64,000 nt of DNA from Candidatus Bathyarchaeia archaeon. Lineage in GTDB: Archaea > Thermoproteota > Bathyarchaeia > TCS64. Positions within the stretch are counted from its first letter, which is position 1, and each line of letters opens with the position of its first letter. Positions 52,317 to 61,431 of this stretch are shown in pieces. A model generated the notes under the pieces. That model made no database searches and had not been told where the DNA came from. It was given only the letters and a program-made list of their open reading frames with translations. A program made the position numbers and the translations under genes. The DNA lies in contig JBEKDF010000001.1 in the NCBI GenBank assembly GCA_050014495.1, positions 96,001 through 160,000 of the forward strand, given 5' to 3'.

Positions 52317-52442
52317 ATCGCGTGCTTACTCTTTTTTAAAAAGAATCTGTTTGGTTGAATGTTTAACAGACCACTAGAAAGCCCATTTTTTAAATTCAAA
52401 AATTTAAAACAAATAAGATGCCATTTCCCGTATATTAATCCT

Positions 52443-52475
52443 CCATAGTCTTATCCCCCAAACCCAAACCCAAAC
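52443..52475 (-). repeat. Island motif copy A (inverted) with CCCAAA tandem
   Basis: CCATAGTCTTATCCCCCAAACCCAAACCCAAAC; reverse complement contains TTTGGGGGATAAGACTATGG. Confidence 0.75.
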
Positions 52476-52630
52476 TAATATGATACTAGACAACATAAAA
52501 CACATACCATTATTTTCCGCACATATGGGAATATATAAGCGAATATGTCGACTTTATTACCCTAAAATACGGACATAATCTTATTAACTAGTTAACATAA
52601 TCAGAAAACGTGAGAAAGGGTTTGGGTGAA

Positions 52631-52777
52631 ATGGAGTCAGTTAACGTCGAATTAATTGAGACTAAACTAGTTGAGTTGGAAAATCAGGTTGAAGAACTTA
52701 GAAGAATTATTGTGTTATCAAGGCTGAAGTGTCTTTCACTAAAATCTGATAAAAAAGAATCATGCAAAGATAAGTGA
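52631..52777 (+). CDS. Putative 48-aa coiled-coil microprotein
   Basis: MESVNVELIETKLVELENQVEELRRIIVLSRLKCLSLKSDKKESCKDK, preceded by GGGTGA (Shine-Dalgarno-like). Confidence 0.45.
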   Translation: MESVNVELIETKLVELENQVEELRRIIVLSRLKCLSLKSDKKESCKDK

Positions 52778-52790
52778 TGAGAGATCTTAT

Positions 52791-52824
52791 TTTTGGGGAT
52801 AAGGCTATGGCTCCAAACCCAAAC
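52791..52824 (+). repeat. Island motif copy B
   Basis: TTTTGGGGATAAGGCTATGGCTCCAAACCCAAAC. Confidence 0.8.
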
Positions 52825-52930
52825 AGTTTTGACTGCAGCGCGAGCATAGGATTATCTTGGTATTTTCTCATTAAGCCTATGCGAGCTAAAATATAAGTTT
52901 CAATGCTTTACAAATGAGGGGGAAGCCGGA

Positions 52931-53344
52931 TTGAGCTTACCAGCGCTAAACGAATTCTATAGTAAGTTTAAGGACGATCCAGAGGCTGCCCAAAAGGAGG
53001 CTTTCAAGATAGGTGAAGCTATGGGTCGTGCGTTCATAAAGGAGCACAATATCAAAGGCGATGACATACAAACCATGGCAGAGGTCCTCAACGCTATCGG
53101 ACAGCAGACCTCGACCTCGGCAACGGTTCAAGGCAATAGGGCGATCGTCTCCAACAGGGGCTTCTGCCCCATAATGGCTTCCTCCATATCACTCAATTTA
53201 CCATGGAAATGGCTCTGCAATAATTTTGGTTGGCCATTAATACGAGGAGTGGCTCACGCGGTTAATCCCAAAGCCAAAGTTAACGTAGGTTCCTGGCGCG
53301 CTGACGGCGATCAACTCTGCGAGCACATTTACGAGATAGAGTAG
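52931..53344 (+). CDS. V4R/ATC-hydrolase-like ligand-binding protein
   Basis: G...G, FCPI, LC, A.NP, GD..CE...E pattern. Confidence 0.6.
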   Translation: MSLPALNEFYSKFKDDPEAAQKEAFKIGEAMGRAFIKEHNIKGDDIQTMAEVLNAIGQQTSTSATVQGNRAIVSNRGFCPIMASSISLNLPWKWLCNNFGWPLIRGVAHAVNPKAKVNVGSWRADGDQLCEHIYEIE

Positions 53345-53372
53345 ATCAATCACTTACAAGCGGGATGGCGAA

Positions 53373-54659
53373 ATGACCTCTACAGAGAGAAACTCCAATC
53401 GGGCTACAAGTCTAATAAACATCACAGCCTTCTATGTTGATGGAAAAAACGAGGATTCCTCCCAGTTAGGGCACAGAATCCTAGATTCAATGGCAAGTCG
53501 TTATGGCCTGAAGCCTCCACAGCAAGATGATTTCACTCTTACGTTTACCTTCGATGGTTTTCAGTATAATATAAAACTTATTAAAAGGGGGGCCTGCGAT
53601 GTCTTCCTAATAGATGTGAGCCACTCAACTAGAGAGCCATCAAGGAGATGGAATGAGGATATCTCAGCCTATCAAGATCGTATTCAACCCCTTTTGAAGT
53701 CGTTACCGGATAACCCAACCGCAGCCTTCTCCGTCTACTCGGTCTACACAGGCAGCCGAGATGAGGCGTTGACCACCTTCAACGAGTACTCAGCTAATCA
53801 AGCCCAGCTTCATACAGGTTTAGGGGTCATCCGAGGGTGCCTTCTAGCAATGTTTGGCGATAGCCAACAAGGGGAAGGAAATCAGGTCGTCGAACGTAAC
53901 CTTCTCCTCTCACCCTTTAATTCTGTAGATGCCGAGGCCGTTAGCTCAAGGCTATTAGAGGATATCAGCTCCCTCGCCTCCATAGAGGGAGAAATTAACA
54001 GGCTTTACCGGATGCGTCAGCCCTTCTTTAAATTGATTGGTTCAGTGGAGGAAGACACTCAAAAGGCGATCGATGAGATATTCGGCAACAGCCTACTTAA
54101 CCCGAATAAACTCGAAGATATGGAGGAGTCGTTGAAGGTAATAACAGGCAGATTTTCGACATTGTCTACGATGGCTGGAGCCGTGAGACGCGACAACATC
54201 TTAGTGGAATCTAAGCTAGACGAAGTTGAAGACCTCTTTCAGCGTTGGAACGAGTCCGAGGTAGAGGGGTATCCAACCATCTTCTCGATGGAGATGATAC
54301 ACTACAAGACTCTGAGCAAACCCTTCAAGGATTTTAAAGATAGAATTGAATCTTTGAAGGTGGAGTTGGGGACCGTCTTGGATACCGTTAGAACCCGCCT
54401 CAGCATGAATCAGCAAAAACTTGGCGTCGAGGAACAGAAATCCTCGAAGGATCTATTAACCAAATTGGTGAACCTCCAAGAGGCTCTAAACAAGCTTGAA
54501 ATCCTCATCGTGGCCTTCTACATAACGGAGATGGGAGGCCTGTTCTTCGAGGTGATCGCACACGATGTTGCGCCGCTTCTGACAGTAGCCTTCATACCCT
54601 TTGCTGCGCTAACATCCTTCGGTCTTATTCATTTAATGCACAAGCAAAGAAAAGAGTAG
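53373..54659 (+). CDS. Hypothetical protein with long helical region and two C-terminal TM segments
   Basis: Coiled region 200-370; LEILIVAFYI and LLTVAFIPFAAL hydrophobic segments. Confidence 0.65.
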   Translation: MTSTERNSNRATSLINITAFYVDGKNEDSSQLGHRILDSMASRYGLKPPQQDDFTLTFTFDGFQYNIKLIKRGACDVFLIDVSHSTREPSRRWNEDISAYQDRIQPLLKSLPDNPTAAFSVYSVYTGSRDEALTTFNEYSANQAQLHTGLGVIRGCLLAMFGDSQQGEGNQVVERNLLLSPFNSVDAEAVSSRLLEDISSLASIEGEINRLYRMRQPFFKLIGSVEEDTQKAIDEIFGNSLLNPNKLEDMEESLKVITGRFSTLSTMAGAVRRDNILVESKLDEVEDLFQRWNESEVEGYPTIFSMEMIHYKTLSKPFKDFKDRIESLKVELGTVLDTVRTRLSMNQQKLGVEEQKSSKDLLTKLVNLQEALNKLEILIVAFYITEMGGLFFEVIAHDVAPLLTVAFIPFAALTSFGLIHLMHKQRKE

Positions 54660-54691
54660 CGTGCATATGCGCGCGCAACAGGTGCAAGAAC

Positions 54692-55834
54692 CTAAGCAGG
54701 TGACGTGAAGACTGATTCGTAGTAGAAGCCAGTGTTCGTGGTCACTCTGATGACGTAAGAGGTACTGTGTGCCCAAGTGAAGCCTGTCGGAGCTATGGGG
54801 CCAATCGTCATGTGGGCTCCTGTACCGATCGCATTAGTGACTGTTAATACATAAGCCTGAGATCCAGATGAGTTTACCCTAATGGAGACCGATTCTAGGG
54901 TCGCGTCGACGCTTCCCGTATTCCTAACATCTACGCCTGTAAGTTGACTGAAAGTTGAACCCCAGGTGACTGAGTCGATCCTTACCTGGGTCTGCGCCTG
55001 TGCTGATTGATCATTGTTTGAGATATAGCATCTATTGATGACGATGTCCTGAATGGGCCAGTTATCGTATGGGATCGTCTGATTGTAGACTGGGAGGTAG
55101 ATGTTTCTCGTGCCAGTCTGCACCTTGCTGATCTGGTTTACCACATCCATGCCAGATATCACCTTCCCAAACACAGCGTACCCCGGGTTTGACGCAGAGT
55201 AGTCGAGGTTTTTGCTGTCGACTAAGTTGATGTAGAACTGACTCGTAGCGCTGTTAGAGTCACTGGATCGTGCCATCGCTATGGTTCCGGCGAGGTTACT
55301 AAGGCTGTTGTTTGACTCAAGTTTAATCGGAGCATTAGTAGCCTTCTCCGTTCCGTTCACTGAGAAACCTCCACCCTGGATTACGAAGCCCAGCATCACC
55401 CTGTGGAATACTGTGCCGTCGTAGAAGCCAGCTTTTACATAACTCAAGAAATTCGTTACCGTGATTGGTGCCTTATCGTCATAAAGTTGGATCACAATAT
55501 TGCCCATGCTAGTCTCTAGCGTCACTATGGTTCCATTTGTAACAGTATTCGTAGGTCCGATTTTATTATTTGAACTAAGTTCATTTTTGAGGGCAGCGTT
55601 TTCCTGAATTAAACTCTTTAACTGATTTTATGTGGCGTTGTTGGTATTTGTTAAAACCGTTATTCTGTTATCTAGATTCTTAATCTCAGCTGTGTAATTA
55701 TCCAAGGTACGTTGGTACTCTAATCGTGTCTGTAGCTGTGAGTAATTGAAACCTATAAACGAGCCAGCTCCAAGGGAAATAATAATCATTATTAATGAAG
55801 TCACTAGAGTTTTCCCTGATATGGTGAATGGCAT
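54692..55834 (-). pseudogene. Membrane-anchored cyclophilin PPIase with C-terminal pilin-like domain, interrupted by an in-frame TAA (55628-55630)
   Basis: TM plus coiled coil in frame with APIT..NF, FYDGT.FHRV..GFVIQGG, AMAR, SATSQFYIN, YAVFGKV. Confidence 0.75.
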
Positions 55835-56027
55835 GGAACTCTAACTCGTCTAACTGTTTATATAATATATAGTTTCTAAAAACAGTATTAAAGAATCTTC
55901 TGATTTTTTAAGTGTGCACTGCGAAACATATTGTAGATATGATATACATGATACGGTGATGAAGAGAGTATAAGAGAGTAGATAAGAGATGAGAAAAAGG
56001 AAAGTGAAAGTTAGTTCGTGAATAGAT

Positions 56028-56066
56028 GGGTTTTGGGGAATAAGGCTATGGCCCCAAACCCCAAAA
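56028..56066 (+). repeat. Island motif copy C
   Basis: GGGTTTTGGGGAATAAGGCTATGGCCCCAAACCCCAAAA, self-complementary arms. Confidence 0.8.
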
Positions 56067-56082
56067 TTATTGAGCTAAAAAT

Positions 56083-56622
56083 CTAAAATAAACTGAACTC
56101 GTTCTTCTTTTTTGTTATGCGTTTTTTCTTCTTAACTGTCTTAGCTTCCTTTTTCGCCAAAAGAGAGCTTATCTCCTTTTCAGTTATTTTTGAGCTTAAA
56201 GCATTCACATATTGCGATCTGGTTGGCGGGATAGTTTTACTAAAAAGCAAACCTTCCTCGGTCTTTCCTTTTAATGTGATATGCTTCTCCCTAGCTAATT
56301 TTTTCAACTGGGTTAATGTCAGATCCTTTAAGTTAGTTTTAACAGGATTAGATTCTTCAACTTTCCTTCCCTGCTTTTTTTGAAAGGTAGTCCACGAATC
56401 GGTTCCTTGTAATTTATTGCAAGCATAACAAAGAACTACGCTATTTTTCACACTTGTTGATCCGCCTTTTGACCAAGCGGTTTTATGCCCTATCTGCATT
56501 TCATGAAACTCTAATGATTTTCCACAGTTCTCACATTTTTTCTTAGCTCTTATCCAAAGAATTTGACGATCTCGAATACCAAGCGTTCTTTTTGTTGCTT
56601 TATCGTCTCCCCACAAAGACAT
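56083..56622 (-). CDS. HNH endonuclease (Zn-binding) with C-terminal helical HeH-like segment
   Basis: CENCG...GH..AWSKGG.T...N...LC..CN; L..LT..QLK.LA....I. Confidence 0.8.
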   Translation of the reverse strand: MSLWGDDKATKRTLGIRDRQILWIRAKKKCENCGKSLEFHEMQIGHKTAWSKGGSTSVKNSVVLCYACNKLQGTDSWTTFQKKQGRKVEESNPVKTNLKDLTLTQLKKLAREKHITLKGKTEEGLLFSKTIPPTRSQYVNALSSKITEKEISSLLAKKEAKTVKKKKRITKKKNEFSLF

Positions 56623-56640
56623 TTCAAAACCTTCTAAACT

Positions 56641-56769
56641 TTACCACTCAACCCTTGTTCTCCGCTTGGGTTTCCTTCGTGCATTGAAGCTGACAGTGCC
56701 TTCTTTAGTGTCAAAATTCACAGGTCGCTTGGTCTTGGTCTTTTTCTTCTGAGCTAAGAATGATGGCAT
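56641..56769 (-). CDS. Putative 42-aa highly basic microprotein (not in ORF track)
   Basis: MPSFLAQKKKTKTKRPVNFDTKEGTVSFNARRKPKRRTRVEW, 18 bp upstream of the HNH gene. Confidence 0.55.
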   Translation of the reverse strand: MPSFLAQKKKTKTKRPVNFDTKEGTVSFNARRKPKRRTRVEW

Positions 56770-56830
56770 AGGTTAAAATTTTCGTTAAACCTTAAATGGT
56801 TTTTGATATGCTCGCGCGCGCATTCGGATA

Positions 56831-56849
56831 TTAATAAACGTCTTATACA
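56831..56849 (+). repeat. 19-bp direct repeat, right copy (putative attR)
   Basis: TTAATAAACGTCTTATACA, identical to 50010-50028. Confidence 0.85.
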
Positions 56850-56890
56850 CCCATCTATGAACCTAATAGAATTGCTTGGTGAATGGCTTG

Positions 56891-58042
56891 ATGCGTAAAC
56901 CCCTCGAGGATGTAAGAGTCGTCGACATGACTCATGTCTGGTTCGGCCCCTGGTGCACCATGATGTTGGCTGATTTGGGAGCAGAGGTAATAAGAGTGGA
57001 GCCCCCTTGGGGGGCAATAGACAGGATAAGTGAAGGCATGCTCTATGGTGGGGCCCCCTACACGTTCCACCACCTTAACCAGAACAAAAAGGACCTAACT
57101 CTCAACCTGAAGAGCCCCGAGGGGATGCGTCTCATTAAAGAGCTCATAAAGAAGAGTGATGTAGTCGTCCAGAACATGAGCGTAGGCACCATGGAGAAGC
57201 TAGGCCTCGGCTACGAGGAGTTGAAGAAACTCAACCCCGGCATCATATACGCGGCCCTCAGCGGCTTCGGCCAGTACGGTCCCTACAAGAACAGGAATTG
57301 CTACGCCGTGTTCGCTGAGGCAATGAGTGGACACACCAGGATGACGGGGGACCTAGTCGACCCGCAAGGTCCGCCGCTCGAGATGGCGATGGCCCTTGGT
57401 GACATGTTGCCCGGTAGCCTCGCTGCAATGTCAATCCTGGCAGCTCTCCGCTACCGCGATAAGACCGGACTTGGCCAAATGATAGATGTAGCACAGCTCG
57501 ACTGCATGGTCGCTGTAAACCCGGGGATAACTGGCTACTTCTTTAGTGGCATGCCCATGTGGGAGTTAAGGAAGAAGTATCCCACTGGAGGCATCGGCGG
57601 TAAATTCAAGGCTATGGATGGTGGCTGGGTCCAAGTGGGAGCATTCAGCCCCTCCGCTCTGGAGAATCTGAAGAAGTTCCTTAACTTAGAGGACCCTACG
57701 AAGGAAGACTGTGAGAAGTATGTCGCTTCCAAAAACAGGGACGAGGCAGTGCAGGAGTTAGTTGACGCTGATCTCGCCGCTGCCCCTATCTACCAGCTCG
57801 ACGAGACAGCCAAGGATCCACAACTCGCTGCACGGGGTATGTTCATAGAACTCGATCACCCACTCGCGGGGAAGGTTAGGACTGCTAACAATCCGATAAA
57901 GTTTAGCCTCACCCCGGTGGAGAGGAAAACGGCAGCTCCCATTCTTGGCCAGCATAGCAAGGAGATCCTGAGTAAGATACTCGGTCTCAGCGACACTCAG
58001 ATCGAGGAACTCATCAATAATGGCGTCGTCGCCCCAAGTTAG
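56891..58042 (+). CDS. Family III CoA-transferase (CaiB/BaiF)
   Basis: PL..VRVVD.....GP.C...LADLGAEVIRVE, N.NKK, SGFGQ.GPY, AP.LGQH. Confidence 0.92.
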   Translation: MRKPLEDVRVVDMTHVWFGPWCTMMLADLGAEVIRVEPPWGAIDRISEGMLYGGAPYTFHHLNQNKKDLTLNLKSPEGMRLIKELIKKSDVVVQNMSVGTMEKLGLGYEELKKLNPGIIYAALSGFGQYGPYKNRNCYAVFAEAMSGHTRMTGDLVDPQGPPLEMAMALGDMLPGSLAAMSILAALRYRDKTGLGQMIDVAQLDCMVAVNPGITGYFFSGMPMWELRKKYPTGGIGGKFKAMDGGWVQVGAFSPSALENLKKFLNLEDPTKEDCEKYVASKNRDEAVQELVDADLAAAPIYQLDETAKDPQLAARGMFIELDHPLAGKVRTANNPIKFSLTPVERKTAAPILGQHSKEILSKILGLSDTQIEELINNGVVAPS

Positions 58043-58089
58043 ATTCACCGATTTTCTTAAAAACAGGCACTTCACCCGTATGGTGGAGT

Positions 58090-58165
58090 GGCCCGGTAGC
58101 TCAGCGGTCAGAGCGGCAGCCTCGTAAGTTGTAGGTCGCGGGTCCGAATCCCGCTCGGGCCTCCA
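58090..58165 (+). tRNA. tRNA-Thr(CGT)
   Basis: GGCCCGG/TCGGGCC acceptor, GCAGC-CTCGTAA-GTTGT, T-loop TCCGAAT, CCA. Confidence 0.9.
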
Positions 58166-58217
58166 CCCGTTCTCGAAACCCATTAAATATAGCCCATGAA
58201 ACATTAAAGAGAAGCTC

Positions 58218-59396
58218 ATGGGCGTAGATTTCGGCATCGAACCGGTCTGGCAGTTCATAGCCAGGGCATCCGCTGCCAGGGATAAGGGAGACTATCAGGA
58301 AGCCGAGTTCTATGCGAGAAAAGCTGTCTTCGCCGACCAGAGCGTCGGCGCCACCTACATTCTACTCTGCGAGATATTAGAGAAGGTGGGGAAAAAAGAT
58401 GAGGTGGAGAAGTGCCTTAGGACCGGACTCGCCTCCTGCCCGGGAGACGTCGCGCTCACAAGCATGACCACACAGTACCTGATCAGGAATGGGCGCCTCG
58501 ACGATGCTGAGGCGTTCCTTAGGAGGGCCATTATAGTCGATCCGGATATTGCGGGATACCGCCTCTTGCTCGCAGTAATACTTCATCAGAAGGGGGACCT
58601 TGAACACGCCGAGGAGAGTGCCCGCAGGGCACTATTCCTCGACGACACGAATAGTGACATCTACTCGATGTACGGGGTGATCCTCTGGAAGAAGGGGCGA
58701 CACGATGAGGCCATGAGGTATGTCGCCAGGGCACTTGAGATTAAACCTGAAGATGCCAACGCCCAGCTCAACTATGCTATAATCCTAGAGGGTTCGGGTA
58801 AATTCAAAGAGGCTGAGGAGCATTATAAGAAGGCACTGGAGATACGCCCGGAGTGGCCCGAGGTCAAAGCCAGGTACAACAAACTCATATATCGCCTCAA
58901 TGACCCAACTGAAACACTCAAGAAAGCGAACTCATCAAAACAATCGAACCCAGAGGAAGCGGAAGTACTATTCAAGAAGGCATTGGAGATGCGAGAGGAC
59001 TCTCCTGAGGCCCATAACGACTACGGCATCTTCCTTTGGGAGAGGAAGAGAATAGCAGAAGCCGAGGAGCACCTACGAAAGGCTGCGGATTTGAAACCGG
59101 GTTGGGTCACACCGCAATACAACACTGCCTTAAACCTTGCTAACCAAGGCAGGTATGTGGAGTCAGAGAACTACTTTAAGAGGACATTAGGACTATACCC
59201 TTCATTCCCCGATGGCCACTTCTGGTACGCCAATGTCCTCTTCAAACTTCATCGACTCTCTGATGCGGAGGAACACTATAAAAAGGCAATCGAGCTGAAA
59301 AAGGACCACAAGAAAGCACACGAGAACTACGCTCAGCTTCTCAAGACGCTAGGCCGTATACCTGAAGCCGAGGAGCAAAGCAAACTGGCAAGCTAA
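58218..59396 (+). CDS. Tetratricopeptide repeat protein
   Basis: Repeated A...Y..AL...P....A..NY motifs throughout. Confidence 0.9.
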   Translation: MGVDFGIEPVWQFIARASAARDKGDYQEAEFYARKAVFADQSVGATYILLCEILEKVGKKDEVEKCLRTGLASCPGDVALTSMTTQYLIRNGRLDDAEAFLRRAIIVDPDIAGYRLLLAVILHQKGDLEHAEESARRALFLDDTNSDIYSMYGVILWKKGRHDEAMRYVARALEIKPEDANAQLNYAIILEGSGKFKEAEEHYKKALEIRPEWPEVKARYNKLIYRLNDPTETLKKANSSKQSNPEEAEVLFKKALEMREDSPEAHNDYGIFLWERKRIAEAEEHLRKAADLKPGWVTPQYNTALNLANQGRYVESENYFKRTLGLYPSFPDGHFWYANVLFKLHRLSDAEEHYKKAIELKKDHKKAHENYAQLLKTLGRIPEAEEQSKLAS

Positions 59397-59538
59397 ATTA
59401 AAATTCAAGCTCAAAATTGACGCAAATGGGATCTCGCGCAACTAGGCTTTGGCTTGTTCCTTCTAGTTATTCCGATCTGCTGATGAGAGTTAAAACATGA
59501 GAAGAAGTATGAATTTTTTTATCCCGCGCGCTAACGAA

Positions 59539-60729
59539 TTAGACCTTAGACAGAGCCTGTTGGAGGTCCTCGATAATATCGTCTACGTCCTCGATTCCGA
59601 CACTCAATCGGACGAGGCCATCAGTTATACCTGCCTTAAGGCGGTCATCCTTAGGAACGATGGCGTGCGTCATCGTGGCAGGGTGGCTGATAAGAGTCTC
59701 CACAGCACCGAGGCTAACGGCAAGGCTACAGAGCTCGACATTGTTCATTAATCTACGACCGGCCTCCACACCACCCTTGAGCTCGAAGCTCATCATACAA
59801 CCGAAGCCCTCCATCTGCCTCTTCGCGAGATCGTACTGGGGATGACTCCTCAAGCCAGGATATTTTACCCATTCAATCTTGGGGTGATCCTCAAGCAACT
59901 TAGCGATCTTTTCTGCACTCTCAGTCTGGCGCTGCATTCTGACATGCAGTGTTTTTATCCCGCGTAGGGTAAGCCACGCCTCGAAAGGCCCAAGGTTCGC
60001 CCCCATATTCTTGTATAAAGGGTCCATCCCCTTCAGAAACGCCTTCGTCCCTACAATAGCTCCGCCTAGGACGTCACTGTGACCACTCAGACTCTTTGTG
60101 AGGCTGTGGACGACGACGTCTATGCCATGCTCGATAGGGCGCTGGAGATATGGAGACATGAAGGTGTTGTCAACCATTGTTATAATACCGTGCGCTTGGC
60201 CTAACTTTGAGACAGCCTTCATGTCAGTAAGCTTCATCATGGGGTTTGATGGCGTCTCGATATAGATGAGCTTCGTGTTTGGCCTGATCCCATTCTCAAT
60301 GGAGAATAAGTCACTTGTGTCAACGAGGCTGCACTCAATTCCGTATCCTTGGAGTATGTCTGTGAAGACCTTATGAGTACCGCCGTAGAGGGCGTCTCCT
60401 GCTAGGATATGATCTCCTTTCTTAGCTATGGCCATCACTGCATTTGATATAGCAGCCATGCCAGAGGCGGTGGCCCTCGCGTCCTCTCCGCCCTCAAGTG
60501 CGGCTATGCTCTCCTCAAGAGCTCTCACGGTCGGATTACCGAGCCTGCTGTAGATGTAACCAGTTTCCTTTCCTTCGAATCTAGCTGCGCCCTGCTCTGC
60601 GTTCTGGAAGACGAAGGTCGAGGAGGCATATATTGGGACTGACACCGCACCCGTCGCGGGATCCGGATGTTGACCAGCGTGAACCGCTTTTGTAGCGAAC
60701 TTCGCATTGCCCATGCTATCACTGACCAT
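59539..60729 (-). CDS. Methionine gamma-lyase-like Cys/Met metabolism PLP enzyme
   Basis: YSRLGNPT, SGMAAI, YGGT, ETP.NP, DNTF, HS.TK.LSGHSD, AVSLG..ETL..HPA.MTH. Confidence 0.9.
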   Translation of the reverse strand: MVSDSMGNAKFATKAVHAGQHPDPATGAVSVPIYASSTFVFQNAEQGAARFEGKETGYIYSRLGNPTVRALEESIAALEGGEDARATASGMAAISNAVMAIAKKGDHILAGDALYGGTHKVFTDILQGYGIECSLVDTSDLFSIENGIRPNTKLIYIETPSNPMMKLTDMKAVSKLGQAHGIITMVDNTFMSPYLQRPIEHGIDVVVHSLTKSLSGHSDVLGGAIVGTKAFLKGMDPLYKNMGANLGPFEAWLTLRGIKTLHVRMQRQTESAEKIAKLLEDHPKIEWVKYPGLRSHPQYDLAKRQMEGFGCMMSFELKGGVEAGRRLMNNVELCSLAVSLGAVETLISHPATMTHAIVPKDDRLKAGITDGLVRLSVGIEDVDDIIEDLQQALSKV

Positions 60730-60941
60730 ACTGCGGTAATAACATCATTATCCCCGAGATAATGCCTTCTAAAATCCAAAACGAGATCCTCTTCTATAAA
60801 CAATCACGTGGATTCACATCGGATTATCATTGAAGGTTTTAATAGTTCGGGGGAGGCGCGCGTTATATCGAGCACCTTCCAATTAAGAAAGTATGGACTT
60901 CACTGATCAACGGGATAAAAAAAGTCTAAAAAATGAGTACA

Positions 60942-61334
60942 TTAATGGCTCTTTATCTCATAGCTGAAACGTGGCAAACCCCGCATTGTATTCGCAACAT
61001 AGCAACGTTTCATCTCAGCAAGAAGTCCTTCAAGCTGCCTCGCATCAAGCTTCGCACCTACCTTCACGGTTATATTAAAGCCCGATGCTCTGCTGGGTTC
61101 CTTCTCATTCATGTCATCAACATCGATCTGTAAGCTCGTAGCCTCTATCTTCTGCCTTTTCAAGTACCAGGCGGCATGGAATGCGCTGCAGAGCCCGAGG
61201 CTAGCCACCATGAGCTTCCCCGGAGACATACCAATAGGTGGAGTCTGTTCGTCGAGCCTCCCACTAATTACCTCATAGCCATCTGACTCGGCCCTGAATT
61301 GGTTACCCTCAAGTTGTGTGATCTTCACGGTCAT
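60942..61334 (-). CDS. OsmC family protein
   Basis: SP..L..ASLG.C ... C.V.NT. Confidence 0.8.
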   Translation of the reverse strand: MTVKITQLEGNQFRAESDGYEVISGRLDEQTPPIGMSPGKLMVASLGLCSAFHAAWYLKRQKIEATSLQIDVDDMNEKEPSRASGFNITVKVGAKLDARQLEGLLAEMKRCYVANTMRGLPRFSYEIKSH

Positions 61335-61431
61335 GAGTATCTCGAATCATGAGATGCGCTTGAATAAGTATCTTGTCGACTGAGACGGGGGTGAAACTTT
61401 TATGTGGGATTCGAACGCTTTCAGATGGTGT

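Larger units (their letters stand above)
50010..56849. mobile_element. Putative integrated island without integrase (~6.8 kb)
   Basis: Exact 19-bp direct repeats coincide with the switch to AT-rich sequence; nuclease/HTH cargo; lies between thiL and a CoA-transferase gene. Confidence 0.7.

Noticed and set aside
52443..56066. CRISPR array or integron attC interpretation of the motif
   Set aside because: Spacing is irregular (0.35 and 3.2 kb), orientation is mixed, and there are no cas/intI genes or RYYYAAC/GTTRRRY ends
56841..56856. Resemblance of TCTTATACAC..CATCT to the Tn5/Nextera mosaic end
   Set aside because: Only a partial match; the CTGTC prefix is missing, and the two repeats share 10 further upstream bases unrelated to the adapter
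57758..58258. 166-aa minus-strand ORF
   Set aside because: Antisense to tRNA-Thr and two real genes
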